Shown piece after piece: positions 50,511 to 58,147 of a stretch of 58,147 nucleotides of DNA. The notes beneath the pieces are model-generated. The model was given only the letters and a program-made list of their open reading frames with translations, made no database searches and had not been told where the DNA came from. Source of the stretch: Candidatus Omnitrophota bacterium (GTDB lineage: Bacteria > Omnitrophota > Omnitrophia > Omnitrophales > Aquincolibacteriaceae). The translations under genes and the position numbers were made by a program. The DNA is taken from the NCBI GenBank assembly GCA_018883425.1, contig VFQY01000006.1, positions 1-58,147 of the forward strand, read 5' to 3'. Position 1 is the stretch's first letter. Every line of letters begins with the position of its first letter.

Positions 50511-51070
50511 TTTTCGGAGCCGGAATTCTCAAAGGTATGCTGGTCACGCTCAGGAGCTTCGTGAACTCTTATTTCAAGAAGCCCGATCAAGGCGGTCTTT
50601 TCACCGTCGAGTACCCGGAAAAAAGACTGGTCGCCAAGGAGAGGTTCCGCAATTTTCCCTTTCTGGTCTACGATGAAAAACCCGAGGATCCCCGCTGCGT
50701 GGCCTGCGACATCTGCGCCAAAGAGTGTCCGCCCAAATGCATCACCATCGTACGGGACGCGGACGCCGAGGGGCGGCCCTTAAAGAAACCCGCTCTCTTC
50801 GACATCGATTTGAGTGTCTGCATGAATTGCGGAATCTGCGAGGAGGCCTGCCCTTTCGATGCCATCTTCATGGATCATGAATTTGAAATTGCGGGGACGG
50901 AACGGCATCAAAGCCTTCTTTATCACAAGGAAGATCTGCTGAAATCCAACGGCTATTTCCGGCAGATTCGGCCCTCGGACGCCGCTCTCATCGATGCCCG
51001 CCGAAAAGAAGCCGAAGACAAGAAGAAGGCGGCGCTCAAGCCTGCCGCACCGCCTGAGAAAAAAGAATAG
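50507..51070 (+). CDS. nuoI: Complex I subunit I
   Basis: [18 protein letters not shown] and [12 protein letters not shown]. Confidence 0.93.
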   Translation: MIFGAGILKGMLVTLRSFVNSYFKKPDQGGLFTVEYPEKRLVAKERFRNFPFLVYDEKPEDPRCVACDICAKECPPKCITIVRDADAEGRPLKKPALFDIDLSVCMNCGICEEACPFDAIFMDHEFEIAGTERHQSLLYHKEDLLKSNGYFRQIRPSDAALIDARRKEAEDKKKAALKPAAPPEKKE

Positions 51071-51073
51071 ATC

Positions 51074-52210
51074 ATGGAAACCCTCTTTATCCAAATCAAA
51101 ACTCTTCTGGTGAACGCTGCAGCGCTGGTTCTTCCGCCCTGGGGCGTCACGCTCAGCAGCATGATCATCAGCGCTCTCGCTATCCTGGGTTTGGGACCCT
51201 TGATCATGATGTATCTAACGCTGATGGAGCGCAAGGTGCTGGCGCGCATGCAGAACCGCATCGGCCCGAACCGCGCGGGGCCTTGGGGACTTCTGCAGCC
51301 GCTAGCGGACGGCATCAAGATGCTGACGAAGGAGGATATCCGGCCCTCAGCCGCTGACCCGCTTCTGTATTTTCTGGCTCCGATTCTGATTGCTGTGCCG
51401 GCACTCATGGTGTTTGCCGTGATCCCTTTTGGAAAAGGCATGACGGCGGCTGATCTCAACGTGGGAGTTCTCTACTTTGTGGCTCTTTCTTCGACGACAA
51501 CCCTCGTGATTTTTATGGCCAGCTGGGGATCCCGGAACAAGTATTCCGTCCTCGGGGGAATGCGCTCAGTCTCTCAGATGATTTCCTATGAAGTAACGCT
51601 GGTCATTTCAGTCGTGCCGATTCTCATGGCGGCCGGGAGTCTTTCGACGCAAACGATCGTCGAATCCCAATCCGGGCGATGGTACGCCGCGACACCCTGG
51701 GGTCTTCTCAGCTGCATGATCTTCTTCATCTGCGGTCTTGCCGAGTGCAACCGCTCGCCGTTTGATCTCCCTGAGGCGGAATCCGAGATCGTCGCCGGGT
51801 ATCACACGGAATACAGCGGTATGCGTTTCGCGCTTTTTTACATGGCGGAATTCATGAATGTTTTTTCAATCTGCGCCCTGACCGTCACACTGTTTCTCGG
51901 CGGGTGGCAAGGTCCTTTACTGCCCTCCTGGCTGTGGTTTCTGATCAAAACCTACCTGCTCATTTTTATCGTCTTTTGGTTCCGAGGAACACTGCCCAGA
52001 CTTCGAGCCGATCATCTGATGGGACTGGCCTGGAAATTTCTCCTGCCTCTGGCGGTCATGAACATTCCGGCGGCCGCGATGAGTCACTTTCTCTCGGAGC
52101 CTTTCAGTACCGCGGTTCCCCTGGCCATCCTCATGGTCTCGGTTGCCGTTCTGAGTTTTTTCAACAAAGGCTACGCGGCGGAAAAACGCGTTTACCATTT
52201 TACGGATTGA
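51074..52210 (+). CDS. nuoH: Complex I subunit H
   Basis: ERKVLARMQNRIGPN, ADGIKMLTKED and PFDLPEAESE. Confidence 0.96.
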   Translation: METLFIQIKTLLVNAAALVLPPWGVTLSSMIISALAILGLGPLIMMYLTLMERKVLARMQNRIGPNRAGPWGLLQPLADGIKMLTKEDIRPSAADPLLYFLAPILIAVPALMVFAVIPFGKGMTAADLNVGVLYFVALSSTTTLVIFMASWGSRNKYSVLGGMRSVSQMISYEVTLVISVVPILMAAGSLSTQTIVESQSGRWYAATPWGLLSCMIFFICGLAECNRSPFDLPEAESEIVAGYHTEYSGMRFALFYMAEFMNVFSICALTVTLFLGGWQGPLLPSWLWFLIKTYLLIFIVFWFRGTLPRLRADHLMGLAWKFLLPLAVMNIPAAAMSHFLSEPFSTAVPLAILMVSVAVLSFFNKGYAAEKRVYHFTD

Positions 52211-52220
52211 GGCGCAGCAG

Positions 52221-52724
52221 ATGCTTGAACTCATCGCGGTGAAAGGAATTTATATTCTGATGGTTTTTGCAGCGGCAGCTGCCTTTGCTTCGTCCTTGCT
52301 CCCGAACCTCTTTCACGGAGCTCTGGCTCTGGCGGCCGTCCTCCTCGCCGTGGCGGGTCTTTATCTTTCGCTCGGAGCCGAGTTTCTCGCAATGGTTCAG
52401 ATTCTCGTGTATGTGGGAGCTGTCATGACTCTTGTCATTTACGCGGTGATGCTGACAGGCCGGCTCGAGGAGACCGTGACCCCGTCCGGCAGGATTCAAA
52501 GAGCCGCCGCTGGAGTTTCCTGTGCTATTTTTTTTGTGCTCGTCTGCGGAGTGCTTCTCAGCACGAACTGGCCGGCGGCGCCAGGCGGCAATCCTCTTCC
52601 TTCGGTCAAAGATCTCGGCATTGATCTGATGAAGCGGCATGTGTTTCCCTTTGAAGTTTTGGGCATCCTGCTGTTTGCGGTCTTGATCGGGGCCTTGGCG
52701 GCCGCGCGGAGGGAAAAATCATGA
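52221..52724 (+). CDS. nuoJ: Complex I subunit J
   Basis: AEFLAMVQILVYVGAV and FPFE. Confidence 0.92.
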   Translation: MLELIAVKGIYILMVFAAAAAFASSLLPNLFHGALALAAVLLAVAGLYLSLGAEFLAMVQILVYVGAVMTLVIYAVMLTGRLEETVTPSGRIQRAAAGVSCAIFFVLVCGVLLSTNWPAAPGGNPLPSVKDLGIDLMKRHVFPFEVLGILLFAVLIGALAAARREKS

Positions 52725-53035
52725 CGCCGGTTCCGGAATCCCACTACCTGATCTTCTCTCTCATACTTTTTAGCGCCGGAATTTTCGGAGCGCTCACGCG
52801 GCGCAACGCACTGGGGGTGCTGATCGCTCTGGAGCTCATGCTCAATGCCGTTGCGCTCAATTTTGTGATTTTCTCGAGAACCGCTCCGGAAGGATCGGCG
52901 TCAGGACAGGTGAGCGCCTTTTTCATCATCGCTTTGGCAGCCGCCGGCGCGGCCGCAGGTTTGGCGATCGTACTGGCTGTATACCGCTCCCGTAAAAGCA
53001 TTCAAACCGACGACACGAATTTACTAAAATGGTGA
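52721..53035 (+). CDS. nuoK: Complex I subunit K
   Basis: RRNALGVLIALELMLNA and GLAI. Confidence 0.92.
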   Translation: MTPVPESHYLIFSLILFSAGIFGALTRRNALGVLIALELMLNAVALNFVIFSRTAPEGSASGQVSAFFIIALAAAGAAAGLAIVLAVYRSRKSIQTDDTNLLKW

Positions 53036-54870
53036 CACTGCTGCTTCATCCTCTGAGTCCCGCAGCATTTCCGCTGGCCGCGGCGGCGCTCAATTTTATT
53101 TTCGGCAAACAGCTGAAGGCGAAGACCGCTTGGATCTCGTCGGCGGCAAGCCTCATGAGCTTTGCCGTCTCCATCTTTCTGCTCACCCGGACGGCAGCGC
53201 ATGGCGTGATGCAGGGCAGCATCATTTGGCTTGAAGCCGGAAATTTTAAAATCACATCCGGTTTCCTGCTGGATCCCCTTTCAGCCTCCTTCCTCGCGGT
53301 GGTGAGCTTGGTCGGCATGCTGATCCAGATCTATGCGGCCGGCTCTATGAAAGACGATCCCGAGTTTACGCGTTTTTATTCGACTCTCTCGCTTTTTATG
53401 GCGGCGATGACCGCTCTCATTGCCGCGGATGGACTCCTGCTTTTTTTTATGGCCTGGGAAATCATGGGGCTCTGCTCTTTTCTTCTGATCGGATTCTGGT
53501 TCCAAAAAGAGGCCGCGGCCAAGGCGGCTCATAAAGCTTTTCTTGCCACGCGCCTAGGGGACCTGTGTCTTTTACTCGGATTGCTGATGCTTTCATCCTC
53601 CCTGGGAACCCTTCAATTCACGGCCCTCTCGGAAAAGGCGGCCGCGCTCGGCGCCTCGGCATGGCTCAGCGCGGCGGCACTTCTCATCTTCGCAGGCGCC
53701 GCAGGAAAATCCGCTCAATTTCCTTTCCACATTTGGCTGCCGGATGCCATGGAAGGTCCCACGCCCGTCAGTGCGCTCATTCATGCCGCAACCATGGTGG
53801 CCGCCGGAATTTATCTGTTGATCCGGACTTTTCCGGTTCTCGCGCTCGACGCCCGGGTGCTTTCAGTCATCGCGGCTGTCGGGACATTCACAGCCGTTCT
53901 CACGGCTCTGCTCGCCCTTCGTTCGCAGGAAATCAAAAAGACCCTGGCGTTTTCCACGCTTTCCCAGCTGGGCATGATGGCGGCCTGCATCGGATTTTCA
54001 AATCCGGGTGCGGCATTTTTTCATCTGGTCACTCATGCTTTCTTCAAGGCGCTTTTGTTCATGGGGGCGGGCAATGTCCTTCACGCGTGCGGAACACAGA
54101 ACCTCGGACGCCTGGGCGGTCTCGGACGGCCAATGAAGCTCACCTCGGGCGCCTTCCTCGTCGGCTCTCTGGCTCTCGCGGGACTGCCGCCTCTTTCAGG
54201 TTTCTGGAGCAAAGAGGGAATCCTTGCGGCAGCGCATGGGTATTCCCCATTTTATTTCGGAGCACTGCTTCTGACTTCTTTCCTGACTGCTCTCTACAGC
54301 GCTCGACTTTACCTGCAGATTTTTGAAGGGTCTGCGTCACGGAGCGCAGACGCCGAAACCGCTCGGGAATGCCCGAAAAGTATGACGATCCCCCTGCTGA
54401 CGCTTGGTGTTCTGGCCGCTGCCGCCGGTATTCCGGGCTCACCCTGGATGGGGTATTTTTTCCAGACGTTCATCGGAATTTCCCCGCATGGGGACCCTGC
54501 GTCCTACGCAGTCCTCGCAGGATCTCTCATCGCCTGTGCGCTCGGCCTTGCAGGGGCCTGGCTCAGCGCTGGACCTTGGAGAGGGCTGGGTCTGAAAGAA
54601 ACAGCCGGTGCGGGACGATTCCTTGAAAAAGCCGGCATGGAATTGCCGAATTCTGCCGCGCGGCTCTTCGCATCAGGGCTCAAGACAGCAGGCCGAGCAG
54701 CTGCCTGCACCGACCGACTGCTTCTCGACGGCGCCGTCATGCTGCCGGGGGTTTTGCTGCAGCTCGCCGCAGCCGGTTTTAGAAAAATCCAATCCGGTTT
54801 TATTCTTCATTATCTCTTGGCAGCATTCGCTGCCGTGATTGGACTTCTGGCTGCAGGAATGAACTTTTAA
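53029..54870 (+). CDS. nuoL: Complex I subunit L
   Basis: WEIMGLCSFLLIGFW, GKSAQFP, WLPDAMEGPTPVSALIHAATMV and HAFFKALLF. Confidence 0.94.
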   Translation: MVTLLLHPLSPAAFPLAAAALNFIFGKQLKAKTAWISSAASLMSFAVSIFLLTRTAAHGVMQGSIIWLEAGNFKITSGFLLDPLSASFLAVVSLVGMLIQIYAAGSMKDDPEFTRFYSTLSLFMAAMTALIAADGLLLFFMAWEIMGLCSFLLIGFWFQKEAAAKAAHKAFLATRLGDLCLLLGLLMLSSSLGTLQFTALSEKAAALGASAWLSAAALLIFAGAAGKSAQFPFHIWLPDAMEGPTPVSALIHAATMVAAGIYLLIRTFPVLALDARVLSVIAAVGTFTAVLTALLALRSQEIKKTLAFSTLSQLGMMAACIGFSNPGAAFFHLVTHAFFKALLFMGAGNVLHACGTQNLGRLGGLGRPMKLTSGAFLVGSLALAGLPPLSGFWSKEGILAAAHGYSPFYFGALLLTSFLTALYSARLYLQIFEGSASRSADAETARECPKSMTIPLLTLGVLAAAAGIPGSPWMGYFFQTFIGISPHGDPASYAVLAGSLIACALGLAGAWLSAGPWRGLGLKETAGAGRFLEKAGMELPNSAARLFASGLKTAGRAAACTDRLLLDGAVMLPGVLLQLAAAGFRKIQSGFILHYLLAAFAAVIGLLAAGMNF

Positions 54871-54885
54871 ATAACTCAGGGCGGA

Positions 54886-56352
54886 TTGTTCATGACACTT
54901 CTTTCATCGGTGGTTTTCTTTCCTCTGGCAGGGGCTCTTGTCCTCCTAGGCCTGCCCAGAACGCTCGCAAGCCGGGCCTTTCCTCTGGCGATGGGTTTCA
55001 CGGGGCTGACGCTCTTTATCGCCTTCGGGATTTTAGGCGCTGTCGACCCCACGCAGCCGGGTTTTCAGCTGACAGAAAAAATGCCCTGGATTCCTGAGTG
55101 GGGCGTCTCTTACCATCTGGCCGTTGACACACTCAGCCTTCCCCTGATTCTCTTGAGCGCTCTGCTCTTTGCCGTCGCCTGCGCGGCCTCTTCGCAGAGA
55201 AAGGAAAAACAAAAAGAGTACTTTGCTCTGATGCTGATCCTCGAAACGGGCGTGATGGGGAGCTTTCTGGCGCTCGATCTGATGATGTTTTACATCTTTT
55301 GGGAACTGGTCCTGATTCCGATGTACCTTTTGATCGGTATTTTCGGAGGCGAGCGGAAAAATCGAGCGGCCGTAAAATTCTTCCTTTACACGTTTTGCGG
55401 AAGTCTTTTGATGCTGCTGGCCGTCGCTGCGGTATATTTTCTTTCTCCGGCGCGCAGTTTTGATCTTCTGGAACTCCTGAAAAGCCCTCTGTCCCTGGAA
55501 ATCCAACGGATGGTTTTCCTGGGTTTCCTGGCCGGATTCGCTGTCAAAATACCGGTGTTCCCGCTGCACACCTGGCTGCCGGAGGCGCACGTCGAAGCGC
55601 CCGCGCCGATCAGCGTTCTTCTTGCGGGAATTCTTCTGAAAATGGGTGCCTACGGTCTCATGCGCTTCGGCGTCACGCTGTTTCCGGAGGCAGCCCTCGA
55701 GTTCCGGCCGGTGCTGATGGGTCTGGCCGTTGCGGGAATTCTTGCCGGAGGATTCGCTGCTCTTTCTCAGAAAGATCTCAAAAGGATGATCGCTTATTCA
55801 AGCGTCAGTCATATGGGTTTTGTTGTCCTCGGAATTTCAGCCGGTACCGAGGCCGCTTTGAGCGGGGCCGTTTTTCAGATGATCAGTCACGGGCTGATCA
55901 CAAGCGGACTTTTCCTCCTGGCCGGATATCTCTACGAACGCACTCACACCCGCGATCAGGACGCCTTCGGCGGTCTCGCGGCCGGAATGCCGCGCTATGC
56001 GGGTCTTCTGATTTTCTTCAGCATGGCGAGTCTCGGCCTTCCGGGCTTGAGCGGATTTCCCGCGGAATTGCTGGTGCTGGCCGGAACCCTTGAGCGCCAT
56101 CCAGGCGCCTCAGCAGCCGCCGCCGCGGGTATTTTTCTTTCAGCCTTTTACCTGGTGACCATGCTCCGGAAAGTTCTTTGGGGTCCGGTCCCTCAGAACG
56201 CGCCGGTACCTTCCGACATCCGGCCCGGTGAAACGCTGGTGCTGCTGCCGCTGGTTATCCTTATCCTTTTAGCCGGCATTTGCCCTTCCCTTTTTACGGG
56301 GCTTTCAGCCGCGTCCCTGCCCCCCCTCGTCATCGGAGCCTCAAACGGATGA
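54886..56352 (+). CDS. nuoM: Complex I subunit M
   Basis: FWELVLIPMY, PLHTWLPEAHVEAP, LLKMGAYG and AYSSVSHMG. Confidence 0.94.
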   Translation: MFMTLLSSVVFFPLAGALVLLGLPRTLASRAFPLAMGFTGLTLFIAFGILGAVDPTQPGFQLTEKMPWIPEWGVSYHLAVDTLSLPLILLSALLFAVACAASSQRKEKQKEYFALMLILETGVMGSFLALDLMMFYIFWELVLIPMYLLIGIFGGERKNRAAVKFFLYTFCGSLLMLLAVAAVYFLSPARSFDLLELLKSPLSLEIQRMVFLGFLAGFAVKIPVFPLHTWLPEAHVEAPAPISVLLAGILLKMGAYGLMRFGVTLFPEAALEFRPVLMGLAVAGILAGGFAALSQKDLKRMIAYSSVSHMGFVVLGISAGTEAALSGAVFQMISHGLITSGLFLLAGYLYERTHTRDQDAFGGLAAGMPRYAGLLIFFSMASLGLPGLSGFPAELLVLAGTLERHPGASAAAAAGIFLSAFYLVTMLRKVLWGPVPQNAPVPSDIRPGETLVLLPLVILILLAGICPSLFTGLSAASLPPLVIGASNG

Positions 56353-57773
56353 GCACCCTGCAGAGCCTGGCGCATTTTAAAACCGAAATAATTCTCCTCA
56401 TCGGCGCCTTCATCACGCTTTTCTCAGATTCGCCCAAAGGCAGCCGATTCCTCGCCGGTACCGCGGCTTTACTGACGCTCACCTTGGCAGGCGTTGCGGC
56501 ATTCACGGAGGCTTCCCAGCAGTCTCTTCAGCTCTTCGGCGGTTTTTTTACGCTGGACGGAGCGACACGCTTTTTCAGATTCGGGATGATTCTGGCCGCG
56601 GCAGCCTCTGTCCTGCTGGGCATGACGCGGGGCGCAATAGCCCTTTCTTTCTTCGCCGAATCGACGGCGCTGATGCTCTTTCTGACGTTCGGCCTGATTG
56701 TGCTTTGCGCTTCGGGACATTTTCTGACGCTTCTGCTTGCCGTTGAAATGGTGTCTCTTCTCTCCTACCTGATGACGGGTTTCTCTCCTCAGAACACGAG
56801 AGCGCGGGAAGCTGCTCTCAAATACCTTCTTCTGGGAAGTTTCTGCTCGGCCTTTATGCTCTATGGAATTTCACTGCTCTTCGGCCTCACCGGATCTCTG
56901 GATTTCGATTCAGTTCGGGCGGCTGTTCAAGACGGCGGACAGCGGACGGCGGCCGCCGCCTCGCTTCTTTTTATTCTGACCGGAGCGGGATTCAAACTTT
57001 CTCTGTTTCCTTTCCATTTCTGGGCGCCTGACGTTTATGAGGCGGCTCCCTCTCCCGTCGCAGCTTATTTGACTGTGGCGCCCAAAGCCGCGGCGTGCGC
57101 GATTCTCATTCGGCTTTTCAGCGAGGTTTTTCCGTCCATGCAAACCTTCGGCGCCGAGGTCCTGCAGACTCTCTGCATCCTGACACTCTTGGCCGCGAGC
57201 CTTCTTGCGCTCGCCCAGACCCGGGTGCGCAGGCTGATCGCTTATTCAAGCATGGCCCAGGCGGGATACCTGCTGATGGGACTTTCGCTTTTTTCACGCG
57301 AGGGACTGCAGGCGGCGTTTTTCTATCTGGCCGCGTACGGAGCTGCCAACCTGGGAGTTTTTGCCGCGCTCACGGCTTTGTCTCAGCGGGGAACTCAGGA
57401 TCATCTTGAGGATCTGACCGGCGCCGCCTGGAGAAACCCCTTCGCGGCAGGCTGCCTGACTGTGTTTCTTCTGTCTTTGGCGGGACTCCCGCCCCTGGCA
57501 GGATTTTTGGGCAAGTTTTGGATTTTTGCGGCCGCTCTGAAAGAAGGCGAAGTGTTCCTCGTTGTAACGGCCGCGCTCACGAGCATGATCGGCATTTTTT
57601 ACTACTTCAAGATCCTGCGCACACTCTATTTTTCGGATCCCTTGATCGCTCTTTGCGCGGCGCCCACACCCCTGCCTCTCAGAATTCTGCTGATTCTTCT
57701 TGCGTCGGCCGTGACGGCAGCGGGCCTATTCCCCTCATGGCTTTTGAGAGCTGCCGAATCAGCTCTGCGTTAA
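56349..57773 (+). CDS. nuoN: Complex I subunit N
   Basis: EAALKY, FKLSLFPFHFWAPDVY and SLAGLPPLAGFLGK; ATG at 56349 overlaps the nuoM stop. Confidence 0.93.
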   Translation: MSTLQSLAHFKTEIILLIGAFITLFSDSPKGSRFLAGTAALLTLTLAGVAAFTEASQQSLQLFGGFFTLDGATRFFRFGMILAAAASVLLGMTRGAIALSFFAESTALMLFLTFGLIVLCASGHFLTLLLAVEMVSLLSYLMTGFSPQNTRAREAALKYLLLGSFCSAFMLYGISLLFGLTGSLDFDSVRAAVQDGGQRTAAAASLLFILTGAGFKLSLFPFHFWAPDVYEAAPSPVAAYLTVAPKAAACAILIRLFSEVFPSMQTFGAEVLQTLCILTLLAASLLALAQTRVRRLIAYSSMAQAGYLLMGLSLFSREGLQAAFFYLAAYGAANLGVFAALTALSQRGTQDHLEDLTGAAWRNPFAAGCLTVFLLSLAGLPPLAGFLGKFWIFAAALKEGEVFLVVTAALTSMIGIFYYFKILRTLYFSDPLIALCAAPTPLPLRILLILLASAVTAAGLFPSWLLRAAESALR

Positions 57774-57806
57774 AAAAAACCCCGGCCTCAAAAGACCGGG
57801 GTTTTT
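57772..57806. terminator. Bidirectional intrinsic terminator between convergent nuoN and ahcY
   Basis: AAAAACCCCGG-cctcaaaaga-CCGGGGTTTTT, with A and T tracts on either side. Confidence 0.85.
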
Positions 57807-57827
57807 GCCGTGTTTCCGAGCTCGACT

Positions 57828-58147
57828 TTAGTAGCGGTAATGATCGGGCTTGTAGGGACCCTGTTTCGCAATCCCCAGGTAGTGCGCCTGCTTATCGGTC
57901 AGCGTCTCCAGCTTGACGCCGATTTTTTCCAGATGAAGCCGCGCGACCTCCTCGTCGAGGTGCTTGGGAAGGCGGTAAACGTTGCAATCGTAGGCTTTCG
58001 CGTTGTTATAAAGTTCAATCTGCGCAAGCACCTGATTGGTGAAAGAATTGCTCATCACAAACGACGGATGGCCTGTCGCACAGCCGAGATTGACCAGCCG
58101 GCCTTCGGCAAGCAGCACGATCGAATGCCCGTCGGGGAAGATATACT
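57828..58147 (-). CDS. ahcY: Adenosylhomocysteinase, C-terminal part (5' end outside the window)
   Basis: [32 protein letters not shown] and [10 protein letters not shown]. Confidence 0.96.
   Translation of the reverse strand, partial: YIFPDGHSIVLLAEGRLVNLGCATGHPSFVMSNSFTNQVLAQIELYNNAKAYDCNVYRLPKHLDEEVARLHLEKIGVKLETLTDKQAHYLGIAKQGPYKPDHYRY

Noticed and set aside
47999-51070. Group 4 NiFe hydrogenase
   Set aside because: The large subunit lacks both CxxC nickel motifs and has complex I quinone-site residues.

Overview
A gene-dense, GC-rich bacterial chromosome segment. The gene styles suggest a PVC-group organism, possibly Ca. Omnitrophota; this is inference only. The left end (1-4345, minus strand) is a minor type IV pilin/pseudopilin cluster: PilV-like, a truncated PilW-like pilin, a Sec-exported Gly/Thr-repeat protein and two tandem PilX-like paralogues. 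The second paralogue runs off the window and is missing from the ORF track. The rest is mostly housekeeping: gltBD, grxC, ispH, a kinase-dCMP deaminase fusion, ferredoxin, htpX, an amidinotransferase, era, gdh, elbB, moeB/moeZ, fbaA, trxA, nth, greA, a thiC-nadA-ispG-mqnE run, phoB-phoR-phoU, two further signalling modules, an 11-subunit complex I operon lacking nuoEFG (order A-B-C-D-I-H-J-K-L-M-N) and the 3' end of ahcY. Best candidates for novelty: (1) an apparently split pilin whose C-terminal strands are encoded separately behind a signal peptide and a mucin-like repeat stalk; (2) an (AG)9 tract and an RBS-matching inverted repeat between the two PilX paralogues; (3) structured leaders upstream of the amidinotransferase and of thiC, where no TPP aptamer is visible; (4) a REC-PAS-PAS-kinase-degenerate GGDEF-PilZ sensor in a run with an orphan mini-pilin. 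No rRNA, tRNA, CRISPR array, integrase or transposase was recognised. All calls are by eye; no searches were run.
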